Part shown: positions 27,105 through 39,045 of the stretch, piece after piece
How positions within the stretch are numbered: position 1 is the stretch's first letter
Layout of the letters: every line of letters begins with the position of its first letter
NCBI GenBank assembly: GCA_965246895.1
Contig: OZ251993.1
Coordinates: 718,436-782,435 of the forward strand
Reading direction: 5' to 3'
DNA length: 64,000 nt
From: Alphaproteobacteria bacterium
Lineage (GTDB): Bacteria; Pseudomonadota; Alphaproteobacteria; JAIXQD01
Made by a program: the position numbers and the translations under genes
Notes under the pieces: generated by a model
The model's database searches: none
What the model saw: only the letters and a program-made list of their open reading frames with translations
Told to the model about the DNA's origin: nothing

Positions 27105-27488
27105 ATGGCTACGGTAAAAAAAGCGGCAAAGCCGTTTGCTAAAAAGCCTGTGTGGAATAAAAAGAACCCCGTTACCAACCACAAGCATCTGACGGCGGCG
27201 CAAAAGGCAACAGCGAAGAAGCGCTCGGCCAAAGCCGGGCGGCCTTATCCGAACATGGTCGATAATATGGCGGTCGCCAAGGGCGAGGGCAGCAACAGCC
27301 CTGCCAGTAAAAAGAAGATCGCGGCCAAAAAGCCTGTCGCCAAAAAGACAACGACGAAGAAAACCGCGGCCAAAAAGGTGCTGACTAAAGCTAAAGCAAC
27401 CACGGCCAAAAAAACCACTGCCCGCAAGACAGCAGCAAAAAAGCCAGGGCCAAAGAATGCCAGTACGCGGAAAACAACAAAGAAATAG
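27105..27488 (+). CDS. Lys/Ala-rich, histone H1-like basic protein
   Basis: 127 aa, with the ATG 1 nt after the upstream TGA (TGAcATG). The C-terminal two-thirds is an AKK/KKT low-complexity region (KKKIAAKKPVAKKTTTKKTAAKKVLTKAKATTAKKTTARKTAAKKPG), as in bacterial H1-like/AlgP-type tails. The antisense ORF 27012..27533 has a nonsense composition. Confidence 0.6.
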   Translation: MATVKKAAKPFAKKPVWNKKNPVTNHKHLTAAQKATAKKRSAKAGRPYPNMVDNMAVAKGEGSNSPASKKKIAAKKPVAKKTTTKKTAAKKVLTKAKATTAKKTTARKTAAKKPGPKNASTRKTTKK

Positions 27489-27719
27489 TGATCTGACTGA
27501 TTTTCGTTTGACTATTGGCTGAGCAGTTGCCATAAAACCCTCGTGTCGACCTAAGGTCGATGCCTGTCGAAGACTGCGGGCGAGGCGCTAGCCTCTTAAT
27601 CAAGCCAGCATAGATGGGTGCAAGATGCGAGAACGCTTCCATGCAAAATCATGGAAATGCGCCGCCTCTGTTCCTTTCTATTCCGTCTCCTGCGGTGATA
27701 AGTTTTTAGGAGAGCGCGT

Positions 27720-28253
27720 ATGAAAGATAATGCTAACCGCAAGGCCAAGGCCGACAACATCGATACCATCAAGGCATCGATGCTGGCCGATTCAACCCAG
27801 CTAATTCTCGTCACGAAAAACCGTGGCCTCACTGTGGCGGCCGTATCCGAGCTACGCCGCAACGTACGCCAGGCCGGCGGCGACTATAAGGTCGCAAAGA
27901 ACACGCTCGTGCGCCGCGCACTCGACGGCTCAAAATACGCCGAGATGAGCAAGCTGTTCGAAGGGCCGACTGCCATGACGACCGCCACCGATCCGGTTGC
28001 TGCCGCCAAGGTCATCGCTGACTTCGCCAAGGATAACGAAAAGCTTGAAATCATCGGCGGCGCATTCGGCGCGCAGATGTTGGATGTCAAAGGCATTCAG
28101 GCGTTGGCCAAGCTGCCAAGCCTGAACGAATTGCGTTCGACCATCATCGGGCTGTTGCAGGCGCCCGCAACCAAGATTGCCGGAATCGTGCAAGCCCCGG
28201 CCAGCCAGTTGGCCCGCTTGCTTGCAGCCAAGGCGGCAAAGGCAGACGCGTAA
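27720..28253 (+). CDS. rplJ: 50S ribosomal protein L10
   Basis: 177 aa. Typical L10 sequence, followed directly by rplL. GGAGAG RBS. Confidence 0.95.
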   Translation: MKDNANRKAKADNIDTIKASMLADSTQLILVTKNRGLTVAAVSELRRNVRQAGGDYKVAKNTLVRRALDGSKYAEMSKLFEGPTAMTTATDPVAAAKVIADFAKDNEKLEIIGGAFGAQMLDVKGIQALAKLPSLNELRSTIIGLLQAPATKIAGIVQAPASQLARLLAAKAAKADA

Positions 28254-28351
28254 GAGAAGTTTGGCTGATAAAGCTGACCGTCATCGCGGACGGGGTCAGT
28301 CAAGCCGGTTCCGTCCGCACAATGTAGAAACATCAACCAGGAGAGTACAAA

Positions 28352-28726
28352 ATGGCACAATTGGATAAAATCGTTGAAGACTTGTCGGGTCTGACCGTTC
28401 TCGAAGCCGCCGAACTGGCGAAGCTGCTGGAAGAAAAGTGGGGCGTTTCCGCTGCTGCTCCAGCTGCTGCTGCGGCCCCTGCCGCTGCTGGCGGCGCTGC
28501 CGCTGCTGACGAGCCGACGCAAGTCACCGTCATGCTGGCTGATGCCGGTCCGAAGAAGATCGACGTCATCAAGGCCGTTCGCGAACTGACGGGCCTGGGC
28601 CTGAAGGAAGCCAAGGACCTAGTCGAAGGCGCGCCGCAACCTGTTAAGGAAGGCGTGGACAAGAAGGATGCCGACGAGATGAAGAAGAAGCTCGAAGCAG
28701 CCGGCGCCAAGGTCGAATTCAAGTAA
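28352..28726 (+). CDS. rplL: 50S ribosomal protein L7/L12
   Basis: 124 aa. Has the Ala-rich hinge [19 protein letters not shown] and the C-terminal [27 protein letters not shown]...[12 protein letters not shown]. Confidence 0.97.
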   Translation: MAQLDKIVEDLSGLTVLEAAELAKLLEEKWGVSAAAPAAAAAPAAAGGAAAADEPTQVTVMLADAGPKKIDVIKAVRELTGLGLKEAKDLVEGAPQPVKEGVDKKDADEMKKKLEAAGAKVEFK

Positions 28727-28792
28727 ACGCGTAGCATTGCTTTCTTAAAAACACATCGTGTTTTTGAAAGCTTAGTTTATTTGCTAAAAGAA

Positions 28793-28824
28793 GGGCTCGC
28801 GGGAAACCGCGGGCCTTTTTGTTT
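28793..28824 (+). terminator. Rho-independent terminator/attenuator after rplL
   Basis: GGGCTCGCGG-gaaa-CCGCGGGCCT followed by ttttgttt. The stem is 9-10 bp with one mismatch and a GNRA loop. Confidence 0.7.
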
Positions 28825-28905
28825 GCATGTAAATAGAATGTTAAAGAATGGCGTATTTACAAGTTATACACAATTATCAGCTATTTCTAAAGTGAAGGAA
28901 TTCCT

Positions 28906-29526
28906 ATGTCCGACAAAAAGCTCGATACAATTATTCTTTATGATTTGGAATACACAACTTTTGATGAATGGGCGGCAGACTGGGGCCGCAAGTGGCCGCG
29001 CGAGATCGTACAGATAGGTGCTTTGAAATGTCGCGCAGATACACTTGAAATTGTAGAAGAATTCGAACAGTTCGTGAAGCCGACCATTAATTCGAAACTA
29101 TCAGCTCGCTTCGTTGGGTTAACAGGCATTGGCCAAGCTGCGGTCGATATGAAGGGTGTAAGCTTTCGCGAAGGACTGAAGCGATTCTGGGAGTTCTGCG
29201 ACGGTGATCCATTCTATTCTTTTAATAATGATGCCAAGCATTTTGTGAATAATGCGGAGCTTCTAAGTGAGCCAATTCCAAGCGCTTGGCCGGATGGTGC
29301 ATTAACTGACATTCGCCCGTGGATTGTGAAACATGCGCCGGAAACGGCGGAAGCTAGTTCTGGTAATTTAGTAGAAGCGCTGGGGTTGCGTCGCTCTAAA
29401 GACGAACATAACGGCGTGGCCGATGCACGTTCATTGCAAGAATCTATCCGGCATTTGATCGTTGAGCGCAAAGCACCGAACCCGTTTGTTCGTAGGCCTG
29501 CAGGATTGTTAAAACCATCTCTTTAG
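28906..29526 (+). CDS. DEDDh-type 3'-5' exonuclease (DnaQ/ERI-1/KapD-like)
   Basis: 206 aa with a GAAGGAA RBS. Exo I motif: IILYDLEYT. Exo III motif: HNGVADARSL (H-x4-D). The size and single-domain layout fit stand-alone DEDDh exonucleases. Confidence 0.7.
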   Translation: MSDKKLDTIILYDLEYTTFDEWAADWGRKWPREIVQIGALKCRADTLEIVEEFEQFVKPTINSKLSARFVGLTGIGQAAVDMKGVSFREGLKRFWEFCDGDPFYSFNNDAKHFVNNAELLSEPIPSAWPDGALTDIRPWIVKHAPETAEASSGNLVEALGLRRSKDEHNGVADARSLQESIRHLIVERKAPNPFVRRPAGLLKPSL

Positions 29527-29540
29527 TTCGATGATATAGA

Positions 29541-29882
29541 ATGACCAACCAAATCACCTATCCTGATTTCGAGCGTGTCGATATTCGCGTTGGCACGGTG
29601 GCGCGAGCAGAGGTTTTTCCTGAAGCGCGGAAGCCCGCGGTCAAGCTCTGGATCGATTTTGGAGCTGAGCTGGGCGTCAAGCAGTCATCGGCGCAGATCA
29701 CGGTGTATTATAAGCTGGAGACGCTTGTGGGACGGCAGGTCTGTGCGGTTGTCAATTTCCCACCACGGCAAATCGGCCCATTTATGAGCGAGGTTCTGAC
29801 GCTTGGCTTTACAGACGGGCAGGGCGATATAGTATTGATCGCGCCGGAGCGGACAGTACCGAATGGGGAACGATTGATATAA
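29541..29882 (+). CDS. tRNA-binding domain protein (CsaA/YgjH, EMAP-II-like OB fold)
   Basis: 113 aa. FERVDIRVGTVARAEVFPEARKPAVKLWIDFGAELGVKQSSAQIT...LVGRQVCAVVNFPPRQIGPFMSEVLTLG matches the CsaA/YgjH pattern. Confidence 0.8.
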   Translation: MTNQITYPDFERVDIRVGTVARAEVFPEARKPAVKLWIDFGAELGVKQSSAQITVYYKLETLVGRQVCAVVNFPPRQIGPFMSEVLTLGFTDGQGDIVLIAPERTVPNGERLI

Positions 29883-30192
29883 ATCAATGCTTTAGCGGAA
29901 TAATATAATTTCCATACATAATCACTTGCATAAGTGGTTAACCATTTGCTAAGAAACGCGTCTCGGTATGCGGTGACCGGGGCGCTCATCGGCATCTATC
30001 CAAGCGGGCATTCAAGACATTGCGGATTTTTTACCTAACAGGCGTTCCTGCGAACGTCACCTGTGTCAGCGCGTGCGAACCTGTTTTTCGTGCGCGCATT
30101 ATTGTGTCCGCAACCGCCCTCAATCGCATCGCGCCCGCATCTAATTCGAATTCTCATTCCATCGCTTCAGTTCAGTAGGAGAGTAAGTACTC

Positions 30193-33100
30193 ATGGCCAA
30201 TACCGCTTCCAATCAAGCCACGAATGTCGACACGCAAAGCTTCACCGGCCGCAAGCGTCCGCGCAAGTCGTTCGGTCGCATCGTCAACGTTGCCGAGATG
30301 CCAAACCTGCTGCAGACGCAGCTTGTTTCCTACAACAAATTCTTGGAAGAAGGCCTGCAGGAAGTCTTTAAAGGCGTGTTCCCGATCAAAGATTTCAGTG
30401 ACCGTTCGGTGCTGGATTTCGTGGCCTATGAATTGGAGCAACCGAAGTTCGATGTGGACGAATGCCGCGAACGCGGGATGACCTTTACCGCGCCATTGCG
30501 CGTGACGCTGCGCCTGACCGTGTTCGATACCGACGAAACCACGGGCGTGCGCTCGATCAAAGACATTAAAGAGCAAGACGTCTATATGGGCGATATGCCG
30601 CTGATGACGGCGAACGGCACGTTCATCGTCAACGGCACCGAGCGCGTGATCGTGAGCCAGATGCACCGCAGCCCCGGCGTCTTCTTCGATCATGACGGCG
30701 GCAAGAGTCACAGCAGCGGTAAGTATTTGTTCGCCGCCCGCGTGATTCCTTACCGCGGCTCATGGCTTGATTTTGAGTTTGACGCGAAAGATCTGATGTA
30801 CGTCCGCATCGACCGTCGCCGCAAGTTGCCGGTGACCACATTGCTCTACGCGCTCGATAGTGCAGAGACGGAAAAGCTGCGTACCAAGCGCGAGAAGGAT
30901 GGCAAGGTCTTGCTGCCTTACGAAGCGCAAGGCATGGGCCGCGAAGAAATTCTGGAACACTTCTACAAGACTGTTTCCTACAAGCGCGACAAGAAGGGCT
31001 GGAAGACGTCGTTCGATGGCGCGCGTTTCAAAGGCGTGAAGCTGGCCTTTAATCTCGTCAATGCCGAGACCGGCAAGTCAGTCGCCGATGCCGGCACGAA
31101 GCTGACGCCGCGCGTTCTCAAGAAAATGGCCGAGGACGGCAAGCTGAAGGATATCCTGGTTCAAGACGAGGAGCTGATTGGCAGCTATATCGCTCAGGAC
31201 GTGATTGACGAAAAGTCGGGCCAGGTGCTGCTGGAAGCCGGTGATGAAATCACGGCTAAGGTGCTGACGCAGTTGGAAGAAATGGGCGCGAATATATTGC
31301 CTGTGCTTGCCATTGACCATATCAACACCGGCCCTTACATCCGCAACACGCTGGCGGTTGATCGCAACCAAAGCCGCGAAGAAGCGCTGATCGATATCTA
31401 TCGCGTTATGCGCCCAGGCGAGCCACCGACCTTGGAGTCAGCGGAAGCGCTGTTCCGCGGGTTGTTCTTCGATAAGGATCGCTTCGATCTTTCAGCAGTC
31501 GGTCGCGTGAAGATGAATTCGCGCCTCGATCAACAGACGGACGATACGCTGCGCATCCTTCGCAAGCAGGATATCCTCAACATCCTGACGATCCTGCACG
31601 ACCTGAAAGATGGCCGTGGCGAAATCGACGATATCGACCATCTTGGCAACCGCCGCGTGCGTTCGGTTGGCGAGCTGTTGGAAAACCAATATCGCCTTGG
31701 TCTGCTGCGCATGGAACGCGCGATCAAGGAACGCATGAGCTCGGTCGAGATCGACAATATGATGCCGAACGACCTCATCAATGCGAAGCCAGCCGCCGCC
31801 GCCGTGCGCGAATTCTTCGGTTCCTCGCAGCTGTCGCAGTTTATGGACCAAACCAACCCGCTGTCGGAAGTCACGCACAAGCGCCGCATGTCTGCGCTCG
31901 GGCCGGGCGGTCTGTCACGCGAACGCGCTGGTTTTGAAGTGCGCGATGTGCACCCCACGCACTATGGCCGCATCTGCCCGATTGAAACGCCGGAAGGCCC
32001 GAACATCGGTCTGATTAATTCGCTCGCGACTTACGCCAAGATCAACAAATACGGCTTTATTGAAACGCCGTACCGTCGGGTCAAAGACGGCCGCGTGACG
32101 GACGAGGTCGTGTACCTCTCCGCTATGGAAGAAGGCCGCTATATGATCGCGCAGGCGAATGCCGGCGTCGATGCCAAAGGCAAGCTGACAGAAGAGCTGA
32201 TTTCCTGCCGCAAGAACCTAGACTATGTATCGGCCTCTGCCGACCAGGTCGAGTTCATCGATGTGTCGCCTAAACAGGTGGTCTCGGTCGCGGCGTCGCT
32301 GATCCCATTCCTTGAAAACGATGACGCGAACCGCGCGCTCATGGGCTCGAACATGCAACGTCAGGCCGTGCCACTGCTGCGCAGTGAAGCGCCGCTGGTT
32401 GGTACTGGCATGGAGGCTACCGTTGCGCGCGATTCCGGTGTGGCCATCGTTGCTCGCCGTTCGGGCGTGGTCGACCAGATTGATGCCAGCCGCATCGTCA
32501 TCCGCGCGACGGAAGATGTGTCGGAAACGACGCCGATTGTCGATATCTACAATCTGCTGAAGTTCCAACGTTCCAACCAGTCGACCTGCATCACGCAGAA
32601 GCCGCTGGTGCGTGTTGGCGATATCATTCGTAAGGGCGATATCGTGGCCGATGGCCCATCGACGGAGCTGGGCGAACTGGCCTTGGGTAAGAACGTGCTC
32701 TGCGCCTTCATGCCGTGGAACGGTTATAACTTCGAAGACTCCGTCTTGATCTCCGAGCGCATTGTCAGCGACGACGTTTATACTTCGATCCATATCGAAG
32801 AATTCGAAGTTGCCGCCCGCGATACCAAGCTGGGTCAGGAAGAAATCACGCGCGACATTCCGAATGTCGGCGAAGAAGTCCTGAAGAACCTCGATGAAGC
32901 TGGCGTCGTTTATATCGGCGCTGAAGTCGAGGCGGGCGATATCCTCGTCGGCAAGGTCACGCCAAAGGGCGAAAGCCCGATGACGCCGGAAGAGAAACTC
33001 CTCCGCGCCATCTTCGGTGAAAAAGCTTCGGACGTGCGCGATACCTCGCTGAAGGTGCCGCCAGGCGTGAGTGGCACAATCGTTGAAGTGCGGGTCTTCA

Positions 33101-34464
33101 GCCGCCGCGGCGTCGACAAGGACGAGCGCGCGGTTGCCATCGAACGGGCCGAGATCGAAAGACTCGCCAAGGATCGCGACGATGAGCGCGCCATTCTTGA
33201 GCGCGGTTTCTTCAGCACATTGAAAGATCTGTTGATCGGTCAATCCGCCACGCACGGGCCGAAGGGCTACAGCCATATTGGCAAGAACGTTTCGGAAGAA
33301 ACCCTGTCCGGCTACACGCCTGGGCAATGGCGCCAGATCAGTGTCAAGAACGATAAAGTCATGAACCAGGTTGAAGGCCATTCGAAAGTCTTCGATGCCG
33401 CGATCGATGCGCTGAATGCGCGCTTCGATGACAAGGTGCGGAAGCTGGAAGCCGGGGACGAACTGTCACCAGGCGTCATGAAGATGGTCAAGGTCTTCAT
33501 CGCCGTGAAGCGCAAGCTGCAGCCGGGCGATAAGATGGCCGGTCGTCATGGTAACAAGGGCGTCGTCTCCCGCGTCATGCCGATCGAGGACATGCCGCAT
33601 CTGGAAGACGGCACGCCAGTCGATATCGTCTTGAACCCGCTCGGGGTGCCATCGCGGATGAATGTCGGGCAGATCTTGGAAACCCACCTTGGCTGGGCCG
33701 CCCGGAACATCGGCCATCAGATCAGCGATCTTGTGCGTCAGGCGCAGGTTGAAAAGAAGAAGGCGATCACCGATATCAAGGATAAACTGAAGGTTGTTTA
33801 TGGAGATGAAGCCTACAAGCGCGATGTTGCCCCGCTCGATGAAGATGCATTCATGGAGCTCGCTCAGAACCTTAGCCGCGGCATCACGTTTGCGACGCCG
33901 GTGTTCGACGGCGCGCGCGAGGAGGACATCAACCGGATGCTCGATCTTGCCGGTGTTGACCGTTCCGGTCAGGTTACGCTGATCGACGGCCGCACAGGTG
34001 AAGCCTTCGACCGCAAGGTCACCGTCGGCTATATGTATTATCTGAAGCTGCACCACTTGGTCGACGATAAGATCCACGCGCGCAGTATCGGGCCATACAG
34101 CCTTGTCACGCAGCAGCCGCTGGGCGGTAAGGCGCAGTTCGGCGGCCAGCGCTTCGGGGAAATGGAAGTGTGGGCGCTGCAAGCTTACGGCGCGGCTTAT
34201 ACCTTGCAGGAAATGCTCACGGTTAAGTCCGATGACGTTTCGGGTCGCACGAAGGTCTACGAGGCCATCGTGCGCGGCGATGACAATTTCGAAGCCGGGA
34301 TTCCGGAATCGTTCAACGTCCTTGTTAAGGAAATGCGTTCGCTAGGCCTCAACGTCGAACTGGAAGCCAAGCAGATCGCGGCCCCAGTCGTCGAAGAGCC
34401 GGTTCCTGCTAATGACACGACGCCGCAGATCGAAGATCAGCGTGCAACGGCAGTGGGGGAGTAA
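30193..34464 (+). CDS. rpoB: DNA-directed RNA polymerase subunit beta
   Basis: 1423 aa. Contains [29 protein letters not shown] and [32 protein letters not shown]. Confidence 0.98.
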   Translation: MANTASNQATNVDTQSFTGRKRPRKSFGRIVNVAEMPNLLQTQLVSYNKFLEEGLQEVFKGVFPIKDFSDRSVLDFVAYELEQPKFDVDECRERGMTFTAPLRVTLRLTVFDTDETTGVRSIKDIKEQDVYMGDMPLMTANGTFIVNGTERVIVSQMHRSPGVFFDHDGGKSHSSGKYLFAARVIPYRGSWLDFEFDAKDLMYVRIDRRRKLPVTTLLYALDSAETEKLRTKREKDGKVLLPYEAQGMGREEILEHFYKTVSYKRDKKGWKTSFDGARFKGVKLAFNLVNAETGKSVADAGTKLTPRVLKKMAEDGKLKDILVQDEELIGSYIAQDVIDEKSGQVLLEAGDEITAKVLTQLEEMGANILPVLAIDHINTGPYIRNTLAVDRNQSREEALIDIYRVMRPGEPPTLESAEALFRGLFFDKDRFDLSAVGRVKMNSRLDQQTDDTLRILRKQDILNILTILHDLKDGRGEIDDIDHLGNRRVRSVGELLENQYRLGLLRMERAIKERMSSVEIDNMMPNDLINAKPAAAAVREFFGSSQLSQFMDQTNPLSEVTHKRRMSALGPGGLSRERAGFEVRDVHPTHYGRICPIETPEGPNIGLINSLATYAKINKYGFIETPYRRVKDGRVTDEVVYLSAMEEGRYMIAQANAGVDAKGKLTEELISCRKNLDYVSASADQVEFIDVSPKQVVSVAASLIPFLENDDANRALMGSNMQRQAVPLLRSEAPLVGTGMEATVARDSGVAIVARRSGVVDQIDASRIVIRATEDVSETTPIVDIYNLLKFQRSNQSTCITQKPLVRVGDIIRKGDIVADGPSTELGELALGKNVLCAFMPWNGYNFEDSVLISERIVSDDVYTSIHIEEFEVAARDTKLGQEEITRDIPNVGEEVLKNLDEAGVVYIGAEVEAGDILVGKVTPKGESPMTPEEKLLRAIFGEKASDVRDTSLKVPPGVSGTIVEVRVFSRRGVDKDERAVAIERAEIERLAKDRDDERAILERGFFSTLKDLLIGQSATHGPKGYSHIGKNVSEETLSGYTPGQWRQISVKNDKVMNQVEGHSKVFDAAIDALNARFDDKVRKLEAGDELSPGVMKMVKVFIAVKRKLQPGDKMAGRHGNKGVVSRVMPIEDMPHLEDGTPVDIVLNPLGVPSRMNVGQILETHLGWAARNIGHQISDLVRQAQVEKKKAITDIKDKLKVVYGDEAYKRDVAPLDEDAFMELAQNLSRGITFATPVFDGAREEDINRMLDLAGVDRSGQVTLIDGRTGEAFDRKVTVGYMYYLKLHHLVDDKIHARSIGPYSLVTQQPLGGKAQFGGQRFGEMEVWALQAYGAAYTLQEMLTVKSDDVSGRTKVYEAIVRGDDNFEAGIPESFNVLVKEMRSLGLNVELEAKQIAAPVVEEPVPANDTTPQIEDQRATAVGE

Positions 34465-34734
34465 GCGGATGCGGCTTCGGCTTAAAGCGTTCAGCAATGG
34501 CAAGCACCAGTGGGTGCGGCCGTTGCTGCCGTTTGCCAAAGTCACGTCAACAGGCGTTGCGATCGTCCATTCGTTCGCAAGCTGGTGCCAAGGTTTAGAA
34601 AAACGGGAGCAAACCGGTTTTGTACGTACCGCAGGCATACAGATGCAGAAGCAGCTGCAACGCCCGCAAATTAGATCGAGTAATTCACAGCGTTTACAGC
34701 GCCGTTCACAGCTTAGTTAGAAGGTAGGGATCTC

Positions 34735-37700
34735 ATGCATACAGACATCATGAACATGTTCGGCCAGCCGCAAGGCACGCAGAGCTTCGACCAGATCAAG
34801 ATCGCAATTGCCTCGCCGGAGCAGATCCGTTCGTGGTCGTACGGCGAAGTGAAGAAGCCGGAGACGATCAACTACCGTACCTTCAAGCCGGAACGCGATG
34901 GCCTGTTCTGCGCGCGCATCTTTGGCCCGATCAAAGATTACGAATGCCTATGCGGCAAGTACAAGCGCATGAAATATCGCGGCATCATCTGCGAAAAGTG
35001 CGGCGTTGAAGTCACGCTGACCAAAGTCCGCCGCGAGCGCATGGGCCACATCGAACTGGCTGCGCCGGTCGCGCATATCTGGTTCTTGAAGTCGCTGCCG
35101 AGCCGCATTTCGACCCTGCTCGACATGGCGCTGAAGGATATCGAGCGCGTGCTTTACTTCGAAGGCTACATCGTCCTCGAACCAGGCCTGACACCGCTGA
35201 AGCAATATCAGATCATGCGCGAAGAAGAATATCTGAACGCGCAGGATGAATATGGCGACGATGCTTTCACCGCCGGGATCGGCGCGGAAGCCATTCGCAC
35301 TGTCTTAGCCTCGATCGATCTTGAATCGGAAAAAGTCCGCATGCGTGCCGACCTGCGTGCCACGGAATCCGAGCTGAAGCGCAAGAAGTTGGTGAAGCGC
35401 CTGAAGATTGTGGAAAGCTTGCATGCTTCTGGCACGCGTCCGGAGTGGATGGTGCTGACGGTCGTGCCGGTCATCCCGCCGGAACTGCGCCCGCTGGTGC
35501 CGCTGGATGGCGGCCGCTTTGCGACTTCTGATCTGAACGATCTCTATCGCCGCGTCATCAACCGTAACAACCGTCTGAAGCGCCTGATCGAACTGCGCGC
35601 GCCGGACATTATCGTCCGCAACGAAAAGCGGATGCTGCAGGAATCAGTCGATGCGCTGTTCGATAATGGTCGTCGTGGCCGTGTCATCACGGGTGCCAAC
35701 AAGCGCCCGCTAAAGTCGCTCGCCGATATGCTGAAGGGCAAGCAAGGTCGCTTCCGTCAAAATCTGCTCGGCAAGCGCGTCGATTATTCAGGTCGTTCGG
35801 TTATCGTCGTTGGGCCAGAACTAAAACTGCACCAATGCGGCTTGCCGAAGAAGATGGCGCTCGAACTGTTCCGTCCATTCATTTACGCCAAGCTGGAACT
35901 CTATGGTATGGCGTCGACCATCAAGGCCGCCAAGCGCATGGTCGAAAAGGAACGCACGGAAGTCTGGGATATCCTCTCGGAAGTCATCCGCGAACATCCA
36001 GTCTTGCTGAACCGTGCGCCGACGCTGCACCGTTTAGGCATCCAAGCGTTCGAGCCTGTGTTGATCGAAGGCAAGGCTATCCAGCTGCACCCGCTGGTCT
36101 GCACCGCCTTCAATGCCGACTTCGATGGCGACCAGATGGCCGTGCACGTCCCGCTGAGCCTTGAAGCCCAGCTGGAAGCGCGCGTCCTGATGATGTCGAC
36201 CAACAACATCCTGTCGCCTTCAAACGGCGAACCGATCATCGTGCCATCGCAGGACGTTGTCTTAGGGATTTATTACCTGTCGCTGGAACGTCCGAATGCG
36301 GTTGGCGAAGGTATGACCTTTGCCGGTCTCGACGAAATGCGGCATGCGCTGGAAGCCAAGCTGATCCACCTGCATACGCGTATCAAGGTTCGCACCGAGA
36401 TCACGAACGAGCAGGGCGAAAAGCAGATGGTGCGCCTCGACGGTACCGCCGGGCGTTTCATGCTGTGGGAAATCATGCCGAAGCATGCGAAAATCCCATT
36501 CAGCCTCGTCAATAAGATCCTGACCAAGGGCGAAGTGAAGAAGCTGATCGACGCCGTCTATCGTACTGCTGGCCAAAAGGAGACGGTGATCTTCGCCGAT
36601 CGCCTGATGGCACTTGGTTTCAGCAATGCCTGCAAGGCCGGTATTTCGTTCGGTAAGGACGATCTGATCATCCCTGCCGCCAAGCAAAAGCTGATCGAAG
36701 CTTCGCAAAAACAGGTGAAGGAATTCGAACAGCAATGGCAGGATGGTCTCATCACCCAAGGCGAGAAGTACAACAAGGTCGTCGATGAATGGTCGCGCTG
36801 CACCGACAAGGTGTCGGACGAAATGATGAAGGTCATTCAAGCGCCACGCGCCGATGGCTCCGTCAACTCCGTCTACATGATGGCGCATTCGGGTGCCCGC
36901 GGTTCGCAAGCGCAGATGAAGCAGTTGGCCGGGATGCGCGGTCTGATGGCAAAGCCTTCAGGCGCGATTATCGAAACGCCAATCACGTCGAACTTCAAAG
37001 AAGGTCTGACGGTTGCCGAATACTTCACCTCTACCCACGGTGCCCGTAAGGGTCTGTCCGATACGGCGTTGAAGACGGCGAACTCCGGTTACCTCACGCG
37101 GCGTCTTGTCGATGTCGCGCAGGATGCTGTCATCACCGAATTCGATTGCGGCACCACCCGCGGGCTTACGGTCAAGGCTGTGATCTTGGGTAGTGACGTG
37201 CGTGCAACGCTGGCGAGCCGCATTCTAGGCCGCACGGCTTCGGAAGATCTGCTGAATCCTACCGATGGCAGCGTACTGGTCAAAGCTGGCGAGATGATCG
37301 AGGAAGCACAAGTTGCCGCCATCGATCTGGCCGGTGTTGATACTGTCAAGATCCGTAGCGTTCTGACCTGCGACAGCGGTAACGGTATGCTATGTGGCAA
37401 GTGTTACGGGCGCGATCTTGCGCGCGGGACGCCGGTCAACGTCGGGGAAGCTGTCGGCGTTATCGCTGCGCAGTCAATCGGCGAGCCCGGCACGCAGCTG
37501 ACGATGCGTACCTTCCACATTGGCGGTGCCGCACAACGTGGTGCTGAGCGCAGTGCTGAAGAAGCCGCCGTCGACGGTACCGTGCAGATCAAGAACCGTA
37601 ACGTGGTTGTGGATTCTGCCGGTCGCATGATCGTCATGGCCCGCAATACCGAGATCGTGCTGGTCGATGCATCAGGTCGTGAGAAAGCGCAGTACAAGCC

Positions 37701-38880
37701 GCCATATGGCGCAAAGCTGCTGGTCGATCATGGTGCCACGGTCACCAAAGGTCAGAAGCTGGCCGAGTGGGATCCCTACACGACGCCAATCATCACGGAA
37801 AAAGACGGGATCGCGCATTACGCCGATATCGTCGAAGGCCTGTCGATGAGCGAAGTGACGGACGAAGCCACCGGTGTTGCCTCGAAGAAGATCGTCGATT
37901 GGCGTCAACAGCCACGTGGCGCAGACCTGCGTCCGCGCATCGTTCTGCATGACAAGAGCGGTGAAGTCATCATGCTGGCGAATGGTGCGGAAGCGCGCTA
38001 TTTCATGTCGGTCGATGCGATCCTCAACGTCGAGAACGATACACCGGTCAAGGCGGGTGACATTGTCGCTCGTATTCCCCGCGAGTCATCGAAGACCCGC
38101 GATATTACGGGTGGTCTGCCACGCGTGGCCGAGCTGTTCGAAGCCCGCAAGCCGAAGGACTTCGCGATCATCAGCGAGATCGATGGTCGCGTCGAATTCG
38201 GCAAGGACTACAAGACTAAGCGTCGCGTATCCGTGAAGAACGAGGAAACAGGTGAAAGCGCCGAATACATGATCCCGAAAGGCAAGCATATTGCCGTTCA
38301 GGAAGGCGAGTTCATCGAGAAGGGCGGCATGCTGGTTGAAGGCAGCCTGGTGCCGCACGATATCCTCGCGATCCGCGGCGTCGAAGCGCTTTCCGAATAT
38401 CTCATCAACGAGATTCAGGAAGTCTATCGCGCCCAGGGTGTGCCGGTGAATGATAAGCACATCGAAGTTATTGCCCGTCAGATGATGCAGAAGGTCGAGA
38501 TCGCCGAACCAGGCGATACGACGCTGCTGATCGGCGAGCAGGTGGATCGCGCCGAGTTCGAGGAAGAGAACGAAAAAGCTCTGCTCGAAAACGGCCGTCC
38601 GGCGCAGGGTCGTCCGGTGCTGCAGGGCATCACGAAGGCAAGCTTGCAGACCCGCAGCTTCATCTCGGCTGCATCCTTCCAGGAAACAACCCGCGTGCTG
38701 ACGGAGGCCGCGGTTGCGGGCAAGGTCGATACGTTGGAAGGACTGAAGGAAAATGTCATCGTCGGTCGTCTGATCCCAGCCGGGACGGGGGCTGTGGTCG
38801 GTCGCTTGAAGGCGGTGGCTGCGCAACGCGACCGTACGGCGCTGGAAGGTAGCGCGCCGAAGCAGGTCGCCAACCGTTAA
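34735..38880 (+). CDS. rpoC: DNA-directed RNA polymerase subunit beta'
   Basis: 1381 aa. Contains the zinc-finger [23 protein letters not shown] and the catalytic [12 protein letters not shown]. Confidence 0.98.
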   Translation: MHTDIMNMFGQPQGTQSFDQIKIAIASPEQIRSWSYGEVKKPETINYRTFKPERDGLFCARIFGPIKDYECLCGKYKRMKYRGIICEKCGVEVTLTKVRRERMGHIELAAPVAHIWFLKSLPSRISTLLDMALKDIERVLYFEGYIVLEPGLTPLKQYQIMREEEYLNAQDEYGDDAFTAGIGAEAIRTVLASIDLESEKVRMRADLRATESELKRKKLVKRLKIVESLHASGTRPEWMVLTVVPVIPPELRPLVPLDGGRFATSDLNDLYRRVINRNNRLKRLIELRAPDIIVRNEKRMLQESVDALFDNGRRGRVITGANKRPLKSLADMLKGKQGRFRQNLLGKRVDYSGRSVIVVGPELKLHQCGLPKKMALELFRPFIYAKLELYGMASTIKAAKRMVEKERTEVWDILSEVIREHPVLLNRAPTLHRLGIQAFEPVLIEGKAIQLHPLVCTAFNADFDGDQMAVHVPLSLEAQLEARVLMMSTNNILSPSNGEPIIVPSQDVVLGIYYLSLERPNAVGEGMTFAGLDEMRHALEAKLIHLHTRIKVRTEITNEQGEKQMVRLDGTAGRFMLWEIMPKHAKIPFSLVNKILTKGEVKKLIDAVYRTAGQKETVIFADRLMALGFSNACKAGISFGKDDLIIPAAKQKLIEASQKQVKEFEQQWQDGLITQGEKYNKVVDEWSRCTDKVSDEMMKVIQAPRADGSVNSVYMMAHSGARGSQAQMKQLAGMRGLMAKPSGAIIETPITSNFKEGLTVAEYFTSTHGARKGLSDTALKTANSGYLTRRLVDVAQDAVITEFDCGTTRGLTVKAVILGSDVRATLASRILGRTASEDLLNPTDGSVLVKAGEMIEEAQVAAIDLAGVDTVKIRSVLTCDSGNGMLCGKCYGRDLARGTPVNVGEAVGVIAAQSIGEPGTQLTMRTFHIGGAAQRGAERSAEEAAVDGTVQIKNRNVVVDSAGRMIVMARNTEIVLVDASGREKAQYKPPYGAKLLVDHGATVTKGQKLAEWDPYTTPIITEKDGIAHYADIVEGLSMSEVTDEATGVASKKIVDWRQQPRGADLRPRIVLHDKSGEVIMLANGAEARYFMSVDAILNVENDTPVKAGDIVARIPRESSKTRDITGGLPRVAELFEARKPKDFAIISEIDGRVEFGKDYKTKRRVSVKNEETGESAEYMIPKGKHIAVQEGEFIEKGGMLVEGSLVPHDILAIRGVEALSEYLINEIQEVYRAQGVPVNDKHIEVIARQMMQKVEIAEPGDTTLLIGEQVDRAEFEEENEKALLENGRPAQGRPVLQGITKASLQTRSFISAASFQETTRVLTEAAVAGKVDTLEGLKENVIVGRLIPAGTGAVVGRLKAVAAQRDRTALEGSAPKQVANR

Positions 38881-38904
38881 GCTGTGTAATCAGTATCTAT
38901 TTTG

Positions 38905-38941
38905 ATGGGTTAGGAACTAGCTTCCTAACCCATTGATTTTT
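38905..38941 (+). terminator. Rho-independent terminator after rpoC
   Basis: ATGGGTTAGGAA-ctag-CTTCCTAACCCAT followed by tgattttta. Confidence 0.8.
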
Positions 38942-39045
38942 ATATGCAAGTAATGCGGTGATTGATTAATAGCAATTATTCCTATTTTATATTGTTAACA
39001 GTAAATTAACTTCACTCACACCGCACAGTTCTCTAGGGGGATAAT

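Noticed and set aside
27012-27533. 173-aa reverse ORF opposite the Lys/Ala-rich protein gene.
   Set aside because: It is the mirror image of AAG/GCC-rich codons (Phe/Leu/Gly/Arg/Cys-rich) and has no start context. The plus-strand ORF is translationally coupled to its upstream partner.
34465-34734. The 270-nt rpoB-rpoC spacer, with an 84-codon ORF from ATG 34469 and a 10-bp hairpin (CAGCAATGGC...GCCGTTGCTG).
   Set aside because: The ORF product is basic and low-complexity, without an RBS. The hairpin has no U-tract. The spacer is longer than in many bacteria, but I have no evidence for a discrete element.
30172-38873. Many long antisense or out-of-frame ORFs inside rpoB and rpoC (for example 32218..33381, 387 aa; 33466..34182; 36262..36909; 38086..38826, 246 aa).
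   Set aside because: They lie entirely within unambiguous rpoB and rpoC coding sequence. Their compositions are Arg/Ala/His/Asp-rich as expected from reading GC-rich codons backwards, and they show no motifs. These are typical shadow ORFs.
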